A DNA stretch of 63,390 bases, the filler included, from Licmophora abbreviata (taxonomy: Eukaryota): assembly GCA_900291995.1 (NCBI GenBank). It is 8 parts of 8 records of this genome, joined end to end, with 100 filler letters (N's around TTAATTAATTAA, not from the genome) between each part and the next. Parts side by side here need not be neighbours in the genome. Positions count along the whole stretch, not along the records: positions 35,989 to 44,201 come from OLMU01003481.1; positions 44,302 to 49,411 come from OLMU01003482.1; 6 more parts are not named here. One strand, written 5' to 3'. Under the pieces are notes generated by a model. The model made no database searches and was not told the origin of the DNA. It saw only the letters and a list, made by a program, of their open reading frames with translations. Shown piece by piece: positions 37,441 through 49,511 of the stretch (its first letter is position 1; every line of letters starts with the position of its first letter). The position numbers were made by a program, and so were the translations under genes.

Positions 37441-39290
37441 CTATGAACACAACATCATTCCAAGAATCTTGAAGCTCGATCCCTCCACGAGTTCGACCGA
37501 CATCATGATATCGCTGCCGACGGGCGCTTTATTGTCTTCAAAGTCCAACGTGAAATGGTACGTAATGTGCTCGTCCGAATCATGAAAGCCATCAATCACG
37601 AACGTTGTCTCCATCGGTTGCGACGCATTGCCGGGGGGAAGTATTGCCAAGCGAAACTGAGCTCGCCCGCCTTGCCATCTTTCCCCGTTGCTCCTTAACG
37701 ACATGAGATGAAAGTATCGGACCTCTTTCGAAATGCTGGGAGTTCTGAAGAAGATCTTGGCGTTCGGCGCGACAGCGACCAATCCAGTTTTGCGAGACCA
37801 TCCCGTCGACATGTCTGGGAGAACTTGCCAGCCCTCATTGTGAACGACAAACGGTTTGATGTATCGCTGCACTTCTGGGACCTTGCGGACTGTGCCCATG
37901 GGACCGACGAAGAAGGCAAAGGGACAGGTCGCTTCTCCCGTCGACGGATCTTGACAGTCTGGTTGAGTTGAATTCGATGATGTTTGGGTAACTGGGGTCG
38001 TCAGCGGCACCTGGTTTTGATCGGAAGAGGCGCAATGTTGCAAGACCGACTCCAGCAAACTGTAGGCGACGACCCATGCCATACCGACGTGACCCGACAT
38101 GGAAAAAAGTGAGTTGTCGGAAGGCGGATCGACTCGCAACAGTCGATTCACAGCATCTGTGTGTCGAATGGACAGTAGATTGTTGTCGCTTCGATCGCCC
38201 AGTTCTAATTGAACATCATCCAAGTGCACCAGAAGAGGTGCGTTTCCGCACGGATGAGACGTTTCGATCGCCCTCCGAAAACTCGAAAGTTCCGCTTGAA
38301 TTGTCTCCTCCAACGAATCTGTATCCGACGCATCATTTCCATCTCGGTACATACGATAGTCTACACGACCATAGGAATGTATGACAATATCGGGTCCAAA
38401 TGGCAACAAGGACTCGGGATAGATCCAATTCTTGACAAGCGGCGTCATGAACCCAGTGTCTGTCCCCTCCTCTGCCATGTTGGTAACTTGCACAACGTCG
38501 GGTCCTAGGAGTTGATTGAGAAAGGCTTCGAGTCGATAGGGCCATGCACAGTATGTAGGATTGGCCATGATGGATCCTGTCGGTATAGTAACAGAAGCTA
38601 CTTCACACCCGAACCCTCGGCAATGGCGCCTCCTACAACGGCAATGCGCAATGGCGGGGCAGCCTTCGTATCACGAGGATGCAGTAGTCGCTGCCGTACA
38701 ATTTCAAGCAGTCGCTCCACGGTATACGAAGGCGGTCGAATATGCAGTGCGGACTGCAAGAGCGACGGCGGGAGCTCGGCAAGCAGTCGTTTGGTCCAGT
38801 CTTCATGCGAGTAGTCGGGATCGTCGGGATGCTTGGATGCTGCTAATATTGTGCCAATGTGTCTCATCCATTGTTGCTTCATGCTCTTCTTAATTCTACT
38901 GTCATCCGGTGTTTGTTGTAGTAGTGATGAGCACATTGACGAGTCGTTCTTGTTTGCCTTGAGCTGTAGAATAAAATCATTTCGAAGCTCATCCAGTGAT
39001 TCTGTCTGTTGTTGTCCCCGCAAGTTTCGTTGTAAGTCCAAGAGTGATAAAACGCTTCCATAGCTGTCATCCGCAGGATGAAACCACCACGCCGACGAGT
39101 GATAATAGTAGGACGAAACATAGATAGATCCCTGAATCACCACAAGAAGAAGCATGCCAAATACGGTACTTGTCACGACGAGCATGCTCAGAGGGCCTCC
39201 ACCCCGCATGACCATGAGGGATCTCATGGCACCCCGTCGTCGTCGGAGGCCGTGTCCAACGACTGACGACGACGATGATACAGAGTTCAT
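37441..39290 (-). CDS. Type II membrane SGNH-hydrolase-like protein, with an apparent 1-nt frameshift near 38609
   Basis: TM anchor; 'LRIAVVGGAIAEG', 'CAWPYRLEAFLN', 'NMAEEGT', 'PDIVIHSY'. The two ORFs read continuously (EGSGCEVAS...) if one base is added in a G run. Confidence 0.65.
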
Positions 39291-39754
39291 GTTCGGTGGA
39301 TGATGCTTAGGGCCGATTTCGATTCTATTTTAGAAGCCAACAGCAGCAGCACGGCAGTTCTGGAGATTGGCAATTTCTTCCGTCCGCCAGATATAGAGCC
39401 AGATGAATTCACAATACGCAGGTGCGTTGGAAGTACACTCCAAATGTGCCATGCGTAACCAGCCATCGCAATGACTCTGACACTGGGACGAGCAAAGACC
39501 CTTTTGAAGATTTTAAGTTTTGCAGTTTTGGTTGTTGTTGGCGCGCAAACTTCTGTTTCCAAACCGATGGAAGATGACGTCACATACGAACCCTGATGGC
39601 ATCACGTTTCGAAGGTCAAAGACGACGACGGCGATGATGGCGAGAGAAAAAAGTCCACAGAAAAACAAAAGCAAAAGTGAAAGACAGAACACTACTCGTA
39701 TTGCTGCCCTACCCCTCCTTACACTCTGTCCCCTTCTTGTTCGTAATCATAAAT

Positions 39755-41350
39755 ATGATGAGGAAGAGCACTTCAAAAAACGCCGCGAAGAAATCAAAGA
39801 CTTTCTCCGAAACGGAAGAAATCGACTCACTCGTGCAGTACCTCTTGCAGTATCCTTCTCAAAAGCACTCACAGGAGAGTCGCATCCTTCAAGTCGCCTT
39901 GACGGCTCTCGAACAGGAGCGTAAACGGATTGAACGTGATGACAAGCTGCAGAGGAAGTTTTCCAGTGAGAGCAATACCAGCCCTGATGAAGTCGCCTTA
40001 TCGACGAAATCTCCGGAGGATGTGACTCGTAGTACTCCCGTCTCCACTCCCGACTCGGAAGTAGTAGTATCCATGACGACACACCATGAGGATGATTTCA
40101 ATGATGACGAGCTCATGGAGTGGCAGGATATTGTACCGGCCGATCAGATGGAATCACCCGACAACATCTCCGATGGATCGCTCTTGGGGCGTCACCTGGC
40201 GCAGGCGGCCATTTCGTCGATTTCACGTGTGGAAGTATCCTCTCCACTGGGGGCGCTCGCCTTGATCCTTCATGCAGCACTCTGTTCGGATAGTCTCGGT
40301 TTTGCATGTACTGGTATTCCGGAAAGTCAAAATTCGTTCAATGGCTTTGCTCCTCCCATTCGGGAGCTTCCAAAATCGCAGTTGGTCCCTGTCGATTGGG
40401 AACAGCATGCGACCTATCGCGACAACGATGACGACAATGGCATTGATTCATTTCCTCATGTCACGTTTCGGTACCGAAAGGCGGGCGTCGGTGCCGTGTT
40501 GCTGCGAGTTGTACTGCAACGCGATACCGACCATAAGGTTCAAGTGGAGCTGACACCGTCACGTGCCGCCAATAGCAAGGAACCGGCGCCTACTGTTCTC
40601 ACCTTTGCACTGCAGGATCACGTCAATCTTGACTCGCTGAGCAAGGCGCTATCGTCGTCGAGCAGCAGGGCCGGTAGTATGACCAAAACTCTCCCAGCTC
40701 TGCACTACAAGTCACTGCCAGTCTTGTTGACGAAGTTTTGCAATACGTTCGACCTCGGACCGGTGCGAGAAAACACTCAGCACGACATGGAAACAACAGA
40801 GCAAGGCGCCAGCAGTGTGTTGGACGAACAGCAGCAGCGGTCTTTCAGCTCATCGATGCCGTACGTGGACTCGACGATCGTCACAGGTCCTCCTGCAGCG
40901 GATCCTCTCCGTATTCCGTCTCGAGCCCGACCGTACGAACCTCATTCTGGCACGGATCATAGCGACGAAGGTGATGGTACTCCAACAATTCAGGTCTTTC
41001 ATCCGCCTGGTCGGCACCGTGGTGACTTTGACAGCGACCTGATTCCATCTGGAATGATCGATCCCAACTCCCTCCCAGGCATGGGAGGAAGTCTTATGGG
41101 GCCGAATCATCCTGCCTTTGGTAGTCATCCTGCTCGTCCTGATCTCGGCGGTGGTGCTGGCAGTGGCTTTGGTATGCGTCCTCGCTTCGATCCGTTTGGT
41201 CCACCCGGAGGCCCGACGGATGTCCAACCACCCAATGGCGATCCGAAGAACGGAGGCAAACCCCGGGGACGTCGTCCCGGAGGACTGGGCGATCCCAATC
41301 CTGACCACCAGCGCCCACCCAGCGACCTGGGAAACAATATGTTTCTTTAG
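39755..41350 (+). CDS. PSMF1: Proteasome inhibitor PI31-like
   Basis: FP-domain-like 'ALILHAAL...GFACTG...VPVDW...FRY'; Pro-rich tail 'LMGPNHPAF', 'RFDPFGPP', 'DPNPDHQRPP'; C-terminal HbYX-like MFL. Confidence 0.8.
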   Translation: MMRKSTSKNAAKKSKTFSETEEIDSLVQYLLQYPSQKHSQESRILQVALTALEQERKRIERDDKLQRKFSSESNTSPDEVALSTKSPEDVTRSTPVSTPDSEVVVSMTTHHEDDFNDDELMEWQDIVPADQMESPDNISDGSLLGRHLAQAAISSISRVEVSSPLGALALILHAALCSDSLGFACTGIPESQNSFNGFAPPIRELPKSQLVPVDWEQHATYRDNDDDNGIDSFPHVTFRYRKAGVGAVLLRVVLQRDTDHKVQVELTPSRAANSKEPAPTVLTFALQDHVNLDSLSKALSSSSSRAGSMTKTLPALHYKSLPVLLTKFCNTFDLGPVRENTQHDMETTEQGASSVLDEQQQRSFSSSMPYVDSTIVTGPPAADPLRIPSRARPYEPHSGTDHSDEGDGTPTIQVFHPPGRHRGDFDSDLIPSGMIDPNSLPGMGGSLMGPNHPAFGSHPARPDLGGGAGSGFGMRPRFDPFGPPGGPTDVQPPNGDPKNGGKPRGRRPGGLGDPNPDHQRPPSDLGNNMFL

Positions 41351-41770
41351 TAGTTGAAAAACAGAGACGAGTCAGATTATCAGTAGTCGTATAATAAATT
41401 GGATGCGTAACGACATCATGGTGTAATTATTGCTCGCCACGGTTGAAATCCTAGCTTCACCGTAAAAGGAACCTAGTAGTATCGTACTCGAGTACTCCGT
41501 ACCATGTAAGCGTTCAAGCAAGGGGCCGATGTTCGATATTCAATATGGTTGCATGCATCATCTGGAATGTTGAATGTCGCAGCCCATAAGTAAGCATGAG
41601 AATGTCAGATTCGACTTGCAATTTGTGCGATGAACTTCGGACTTTTTCTGTGTGGTCAATCGTCATCCGTTATGACCGCCGGCGGCGGCGACAGTCTGGC
41701 ACATTGTCGACTTATCCCCTCTCTCGACACTGCCACTTCTGGCCTCGGGTTTGCGTGCAAGAAGCATCCC

Positions 41771-43212
41771 ATGGCTGCTTTTCTGGAGGCCGGAGTTTGC
41801 TTGCTTGCATGGAAGCAACGGAACGGTCTGGGGCGATATTTGACCAAGAAGTCTTGGCAACAACGCTGGATCGTCATTTCAGGAACTGTCGTGAAGTACT
41901 TTTGTGTCGGAGAAGAAGACGGAGATCCTCGTGGCAATCTGGATCTACTGACAGACAAGGTTCAGATCAATGTGACCTCTAAAAAGTCACCCGACGCGCC
42001 AACGCAGCACCAAGTGGACATATCGGCTTCACCCAAGGAGGCAGAGAAGCGTGTCACATGGAAGTTTTGTTTCGATACTCAGGAAGATCTTATGCAGTTT
42101 CTCCAAGTCGTTCACAGTATACTCGACAAGGGAGGACAGATAGAGACAAAAAGCTTTGACCGATTCGAGCACGATTTTCAAGCCAGCGATCATATTTATC
42201 GATGGGAAATGATTGTGTGTCCGCCGGTCATATACCCGATACAGATTCATGGGATTGTCCTCGAAGCTGGACGCAACTGCGTTGTGGTTGCAGACTTTGG
42301 TTTGACTGGGTACGGGAGAAAAGAAGGCGACAAGTTCAATTACTCGGACGACCACAACTCCCGTGCTATTTTATCGGCTTGGAAGAAGCTGAGACCCAAC
42401 CAAGATCAGAGACTGAACCTCTTGACACTCACAGACCCGATGGAAATTCGAAAGTGGACCCGCGCGAACTACGAAGAGAGTTTCCTAAAGGCGCACGGTG
42501 GCCACAAATTTGAGCGGATATCCAAGTTCTTTTCTAGCTTGAAGAAGCACAAACGCTCATCGAGTGACGATGGATCTCAAGGTGGAACCTCCGAACTTTC
42601 CGACGACGGGTCAGTGCAGCAATCGCAGCACTCAACGGCAGAAGGCGGCGACGGCCCAGACTGCACGGGCGAGAAAAGTGATCCGGAAACGAAGGGAGCC
42701 GCTAGTCCACCACAACCAGAGCTCCCAAAATCAGATCCGAAAGAGATTGTTCTGGCCAGAGCAAACTTTCTGCTGGAATTCGGCGAAGAGAAGCTTCCTC
42801 CGTATCATGTATTTTATTCAAACTCGGAATGCATCGCCGTCTGGTGTAAAACAGGAGATGGTCGACACTGCAAACAGCTGTCTTCCTTGGATCTACTTCG
42901 GTCGGTGCTGCCAAGAGCGCTACTGTGACTACAATTGGTGTCGCAGCAGCGCATGCTCTACTCGCGCCTGTCGTCGCAGTCGGGGGGTTGATCTGGGTGA
43001 GTGCGCCCATGGTCATTCTGCAAAAGAGTCGAGTACAATGGGAGAAGAACACATTTCTGATGACCGATTTGTTCTGGACATGGGCACCACCGGCCGTCTT
43101 TGTCGCCGCGATAGAGAACTGGAGTGGGTTGGTGGAAAAAGACAAAACACTTTCTCTTCCGAACGAAGGCGACGAATTGACACAAGGAGAATCGATTGAA
43201 ATAGCTAGATGA
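41771..43212 (+). CDS. PH domain + LRAT/NlpC-P60-like domain + C-terminal hydrophobic segment; apparent 1-nt frameshift near 42857
   Basis: PH 'SWQQRWIVI...YF...PRGNLDL'; LRAT-like 'DHIYRW..IHGIV' and 'YHVFYSNSECIAVWCKTG'. Adding one A gives KTGRWSTLQ in frame with ORF 42925-43212. Start codon uncertain. Confidence 0.75.
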
Positions 43213-43214
43213 TC

Positions 43215-45981
43215 CTAGGACATTCCACTACCAACTTGTGACAACCAGAGTTGTGTTTCAATTGTGTCGCCTCCTCTGTTGCATTTCGTGCTTATACTCA
43301 CTCCACTAGCAATGAGATCCCCAGCCATTGAAATCGGGATCGTGCTATTGATAGTGCTTCCCGACCCAGTCGAGCGAGCGTGCAACGATGACATTTTTGC
43401 CGGCACAGTGCTGCTAGCGTATGTGAACGAGACGCTAGCTGCTGCTGACGAGTCCGTCCCGCTATGAGACACGACCATGAGAATAGCTTGTGACCGTGGA
43501 GGTATATCGAACGTGTCCTGCCTGGTGCCATCCATGAACAACAGACCTTTCGTCTCTTTCACATTGAGATAAAGAGACAGGTAGTGGTCAGCTGAGCTGT
43601 TCAGAGCAAGAAAGTATAAGCATTCCTGTCCGTGAATGCATGCGAGTGAACCTTCGGGTGCCACAGCATAGTGAAGCTTGTGGCCAACACCCAACAACAC
43701 TCGATGAAGAATCCCGAGACAAGTGCGCTCGTCAAGCGTTTGATCACGCGTTGCTTCCATTACAACAACGGGAGCAGAACTGTACGCAGTCACACGGAAT
43801 GGAGCGCCGCTTGCATTCTCAGCAGAGACGCGAGTGTGATGCGAGAAAGGGGTAATGCAGTATTCAAAGGCGGGGTCAAGAAACGCCTCACATGCGCAGG
43901 TTCTCGTGCACCCATGAAGAGCGCTGCTCTCTATGCTCCAGTCGTCGCCCGGATTCTTTCGTCTCAGAATTAGCATCGAAGAATCTCCGTACCAGTACTG
44001 GCTGTTCGTCTTCGCGCGCTTCTTGGGCTGTATTAAAGATAGTGTAGCCCATGTTCGAGATGTCACTTGAATTCGATAAAACCGTACGGATGACGAAAGC
44101 GAGCACATTCGCTCGCGTCGATAGAGCCCATCCACCGAAAAATGATGCCACCCTTCCCGACATTTTGCTACATCCATGTGGTGGAATCGCTCCATCACGG
44201 TNNNNNNNNNNNNNNNNNNNNNNNNNNNNNNNNNNNNNNNNNNNNTTAATTAATTAANNNNNNNNNNNNNNNNNNNNNNNNNNNNNNNNNNNNNNNNNNN
44301 NAAACGACTGGTCGCCAAGACGCTTCCGCAGCGCCGTCGTCCATATATCACTGCTTGCACTCCATTCACCCTTCCATTCACGTGTTCCCCAAGGATTCCG
44401 TATACGCACCAATCTCACGGTCTTCCGATCTCTTGCATCTGATGATGGAAAGTCAGGCAGTGCTTCTTCCTCAACACTCGTCTTTGCCTTCTTCATTTTC
44501 GAAGGACTGTTAGACGCGAAAAAGTCAGTAACTTTTTGCTGAGCTCCGACGAGGGTGTCATGAAACTCCAGAACGTCCAAGACACTGTATGCATGATTCC
44601 CCACCAACCCTTCTCCCCCGGCGCACGTAGCGACGCCCATGAGAAAGCCAGCCTTTTCAAACGACAGAAGCCTCGCCCACAGTTCATCGTCGGCATCGGA
44701 GCGACCACTGCCAAACACAATCGTCTCGGTGGGAGCTCCTGTCATGTCGGAAAGTGCTTCGGCGATGAAGCCACCGCTCAGCTGTGCGTAGGAGCCATGC
44801 GCCTTGGCATAAGCTTTTTCGACTAGACCTGGCCACAGTTGTCCGTCAGGTACAGCTGCAAAAGCAGGGCATGCAACGAAATTACTTTGGTCGGGCATAG
44901 CCATGGCTCCCTTGAAGGCATGCTTCTTCCTGAACGAGCCGTCATTTTCCTTATACACTACAGGAAGAGACGAGTCGACGACTACGGGGGTCCATCTTCC
45001 ATCCAAACAGAGATTGACCTGATAACATGCACTGTCGTTGAGTGAGTCATGCGGCAGTAGGTGTCGCACAAGATATTCCTTTTCCGCTACAACTGCCAGA
45101 GCTGATAAGAACCAACAATTCCCCACGGACCCCTGTCGGACTTGATCCTGTGAAATTTTCGTGCGGTACAAAACAGATGTGGGCGGTCCAAAGGGATGCC
45201 AAGCCAAATGCGCATATCGAAGAGCAGCAGTATTGTTGGCCCCGCGTGAACCATGCTTGTCGTCCCACTGAAAGAACTGACACTGTTGTGGCTTTTGATG
45301 ATGTGCAGCATCATTGTCTTCGTTGTTGCTGTTGTGACGACGACGGCTTCTAGGCTGACCGCACGAGAGATAGAATCGACCATAGTTGGGTCCGTCCTTC
45401 TGGACAGTCCGTGCCGTCGCTGGGAGACCACAAATACATTGGATCACATTATCCTGCGGTTTGCCTGGAGCCGTAGTTTTCAAAATAGCCTTCTGCCTGC
45501 GGCCATCCAGAGACGAGCGAGTCGGGGGAAAGTCCGGGTCGACAAAGGGTTCGCCAGTAGACTGTGAATGATCGTAACATCGTTGCCACTTGTCTGAAAG
45601 TTGAATTCGTGAAGCAGGCTTTCTCGCATACGCTTCTGGACTGCACTTTTGCGGTGCGAGAGGATGATTCGTTTCATCTTTTGGATCCTTCGGAACAGCA
45701 GCAGTGGGAGCATCATCAGCCCTCCTAGTGGAGGACGATGCAAAGACGAGCGAAAGAGCTCTCGACACATCGTATCCGACAATCTCCAAGCTTTCCACCG
45801 CAAACCGATGATCTGCGCTCCCCATGATTTTTAGAAACATTTGAATTGCCTCCTTTTGACGTTGGGTATGCGGACGACTAGCCGTAGTACTTCTGATGGC
45901 ATCATTAACTTTGGGGAAGACAACAACATCAGCTTCGTCGTCGTCGTCGTCCAATATTGAAATCGGACTGGAAGCAGACAT
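43215..45981 (-). CDS. Calpain-family cysteine protease with an inserted GRF zinc finger; interrupted by a spacer
   Basis: 'FVDPDFPP'; catalytic triad 'QGSVGNCWFLSALA', 'GNHAYSV', 'RIRNPWG'; GRF finger 'CICG...TVQKDGPNYGRFYLSC...CQFFQWDD'; domain-III-like C-terminus. Confidence 0.9.
44202..44301. other. Artificial contig-join spacer
   Basis: N44-TTAATTAATTAA-N44. Confidence 0.97.
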
Positions 45982-46257
45982 CAGCTGGACCTCTCTCAAG
46001 TTCAGAATTCAGATGACTCCTGGTGAGAGCGTTTCACTTTCACTCTTTGGCCTATTTATTGAGAGATGGTTCATCCGACACATCCCTCTCATTCCGTATC
46101 ATCGTCGTCGGCGGCGTCTTTTGATTTTTAGAACGAAGTTTGGGGACTGAGAAAGTCCTTCTGAACACCGGGCTACAAAACAGCATCATCGCGCACTGGC
46201 CGCGCGCACTTCACAAGATCCGCGCCGCGATCAATTCACATTATCCGCATCAGCAAT

Positions 46258-47378
46258 ATGTCATTGACCATGTCGCTCGTTCGCCTCCTTCCCTCAACTC
46301 TGTGTCTATTCCTTTTGTTTGTATGTTATACTACTACTATAGAGATCGTGGAAGGCTCCTCGGCAGCAGGCCAAGAAACGCTGGTCGGAATCGTCGGAAA
46401 GGATTTCGTCATGATCGGTGCTGACTCGTCCGTCAGTCAGAGCATCGCCTTGACGGCGAGCAATCTCGACAAGATTTCCGTCGTGGTGGATCCAGCACTA
46501 GGATCAGGTGGAACGACACTGCATCAACAGACGATTGTAGCGGCGGCGGCAGGGGATGCGGCCGATTCCGATCGACTCTTGGGGCTTTTGTCGGCGCATG
46601 CGGCCATTCGAGAGTACGAGGCGGGCGTGGGATGCGACGTGCACTTCGTGGATTGTTCCAAGAACACTGATCCTAATGACAGCCCTCGACGAAAATCAGA
46701 CCGACGGTCTAGTGACGTACAAATATCACCCCCAGGACTGACCGTGGAGGCCGTGGCCAACCTGGCGAGAGCGCAGATTGCCTCGTCACTTCGTTCGCGA
46801 TCGCCGCTCAGTGTCTGCCTCCTGGTGGCGGGCATGCTGCCCGTACAGGCGACTCTTCCGCCACAACAAATGAGTGACATACACACCAGCGCGAATGAAG
46901 ACAACGACGACGATACAACAGTCGTCGTCCAACCTTCGTCCTTCTCGGCGCGCTTGCAGCGACAAGTCCAAGAGGCTTCGAAACCCTATCGAGTCGCGAC
47001 GAGAGACGGTACGGTGGAACCACCCGTTACTGTGTCGCCCTTGTCTCGAATAACGATGACATGGATCGGACAGAATCAGCAGTATGCTCCTCGTCACCAT
47101 TTCGTCGTTTGGAACCGCGCCTGTACTGGTTGGATTCCTATGGCTCGTGTCAGAAACTTCAGTACGGTGCGCATGGGCTGGGCGCGAATTTTTGTTTGTC
47201 CATTCTCGATCAAGGCTTTCGAGACAACATGTCTCGGGACGAGGCGGCCGACTTGATTCGAGACTGCTTCCAGCAGTTGCGCTTGCGATATGTCATCAAC
47301 TCGCCGCAGCCGCCGTGCATCAAGTGTGTCGATGCGTCAGGGTGTCGGCGTATTGTTGCACTGCCATCAGAGCAATAG
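46258..47378 (+). CDS. Proteasome subunit beta type-2 (Pre1/PSMB2)-like with N-terminal signal peptide; probable intron 47009-47073 (or 47079/47082)
   Basis: 'ETLVGIVGKDFVMIGADS', 'GDAADS', 'R..IASSLRSRSP..V.LLVAG', 'PRLYWLD..G....YGAHG.GANFCLSILD', 'RYVIN'; hydrophobic leader 'LCLFLLFVC'. Confidence 0.85.
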
Positions 47379-47474
47379 ACTTTTTGAAAGTAACAACAGA
47401 ATACTGGAAGCACATATAAAGTACTCTATAGCAATTAAATTATAGAGATCACATTCGAACCTGCTATCACTAGC

Positions 47475-49087
47475 CTATGCCGTGTGGACCACCGCCATGG
47501 CTCCGAGTTCGACACAGCATCGGGTAAAACTTAGCAAGGTCAAGTCACATATCAGTTCCGTGCCAGTAGATCCATCAGTCGCCTCCTCCTCCTGGTTAAT
47601 CAACAAACGCATGTCGGATACTCGAGTTTGACTGCCAGGGTTCTCCCTGAGATGCTGCAATACTCCCAACAGAGCGTCCGCATTCGCCTCTCGCACATTC
47701 AATCCGCTGTGTGCTGATGTTGGTGGTGCTAGACTTTCCTTCTCCTCGATCGCACTAGCCCTCACGATAGCGCTCGGCGAATGAACGAGTTTGGCAGCCT
47801 CAGGTCCAATGGAGGGTTTCTTTCCGCGGGACGCTGCCTCACAGTTATTGTCTGGAAACTGAGCAAGACGAATACAGGATCGTCTGTACACTGCGGTCTG
47901 CTCATTGTGCTGATTTTTACTGTATTGCAGGTTATCATGGATGGTTGCCAGAGTGATTTTCTCGCGCAGCACTTCGAATGCCTCGTCCAGTTGCTGCTGT
48001 ACCAGCTGCTTGTCTGTCTCTGGTACCGACTCCCAGCATGTACTCATGGACAAGGATAGGGGCATGGCTTTCCGATAAGCCAAGGTACGCGTTAGTATGT
48101 GTTTCGTTGCCGCCGAGACTGTTCCAGCCAATGTCCAGTCATGAGTTGGCAGGGCAATCGTCACGTGGAAAGAGGGTTCACTCGTTAATTTGGATGCAGT
48201 AGTAGTCGTAGTAGTAGTCCGCGCCTCGTGCACATGGCCACGGGGCATGTAGAGCACATCTCCAGGTTTCAATACAGCCTCGAGAGCTACAGGACCATCG
48301 AGTATGGACTGTGGCACTGCAAGTCCGTCCTTTCCCACTTGTTCGTGTGGATACGGATACTGCAGCAGCCGACGAAGAGAGACAACATGTCGCGTGTAAG
48401 AGGCGGCGGGGAAGGATCGACAAACGCGGATAGCATGCATTGGCAAACGTCGAGCACAGACCCACATCATCATACCGGAATAGGAACCTGTTGGTACACT
48501 TTCCAGTGCTTTTGACCTACGACCTGAATGACCAGGACATCTCTATCGTCCGCATGTGCATTGACGGCTTGTGAGTTGGGTGGAGTCAGGTAAGCATTCG
48601 CGTACGCGTGCGGGAAGGACTTTTGCAAGTCGAGGCAGAGAGACGCAATGTAGGGACACATCCAATCGGCGTGGTTCAACACGACGCTGCAGCCACTCAA
48701 AAAGATCGAAAATAGATTTCCTCCGTAGAGCGCCAAAGTTTCTTCGGGCGATACGATCTGTTGCTCGCGAAACACCAGCGGCGTCATTGTATCCTGGTGG
48801 CGGTCGAGAAAGGATTGCTGATAGCGTGATCTGGCATTCTGTAGTAAATTCACCAGAGCAGGCCATCCCATACGTATCAATTCACCAAAAGGATCTTGCT
48901 GGACGCGCTCGTCGTTCCAGTCGGTGGTCTCGTTGCTTCTGGGTCGCTGCTGCAGTTCATCGCCGCTGCGATACAACTGACACTTGCGCTGCCAGACATC
49001 GCGGAAGAAGGCCTCTGATGGAGCACCTCCGACAATCGACCGTAGGGCGTTGGACTCAGTGTTCTCTTCAGGCGAGTTACTGCTCAT
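47475..49087 (-). CDS. JmjC ribosomal-oxygenase-like protein (NO66/MINA/RoxA family), 2 exons (intron 48360-48475)
   Basis: 'ANAYLTPP.SQ...HADDRDVLVIQVVGQKHWKVY', 'LKPGDVLYMPRG.VHEA', 'SFHVTI'. Confidence 0.88.
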
Positions 49088-49411
49088 GGTACAGTGGCTT
49101 GTAGACATCTGATGGCAAGTCAAGGGGTAGTGGAGCGTCGTTCTAGTGTCATGGACCTGGTTTGGATACAGAAATCACATTCGTACCGCCGGCTGAGGTA
49201 TATTTGACATTGACGCATACATCGTCATCGTCGCACATCTCAACACGCTCTGTGCGCGCGTACGTTTGAACGCGAATCCGACCTTAGTCTACCGGAATGT
49301 GGATCCATTCTAGTTTATGCTAATCTATCTTCGGTGCATATAGCCAGTACGGTATTGCTTCCTCGTATTCACCACCATCTTCATACTCTACGTCAACCTC
49401 AAGACTCGGGT

Positions 49412-49511
49412 NNNNNNNNNNNNNNNNNNNNNNNNNNNNNNNNNNNNNNNNNNNNTTAATTAATTAANNNNNNNNNNNNNNNNNNNNNNNNNNNNNNNNN
49501 NNNNNNNNNNN
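49412..49511. other. Artificial contig-join spacer
   Basis: N44-TTAATTAATTAA-N44. Confidence 0.97.
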
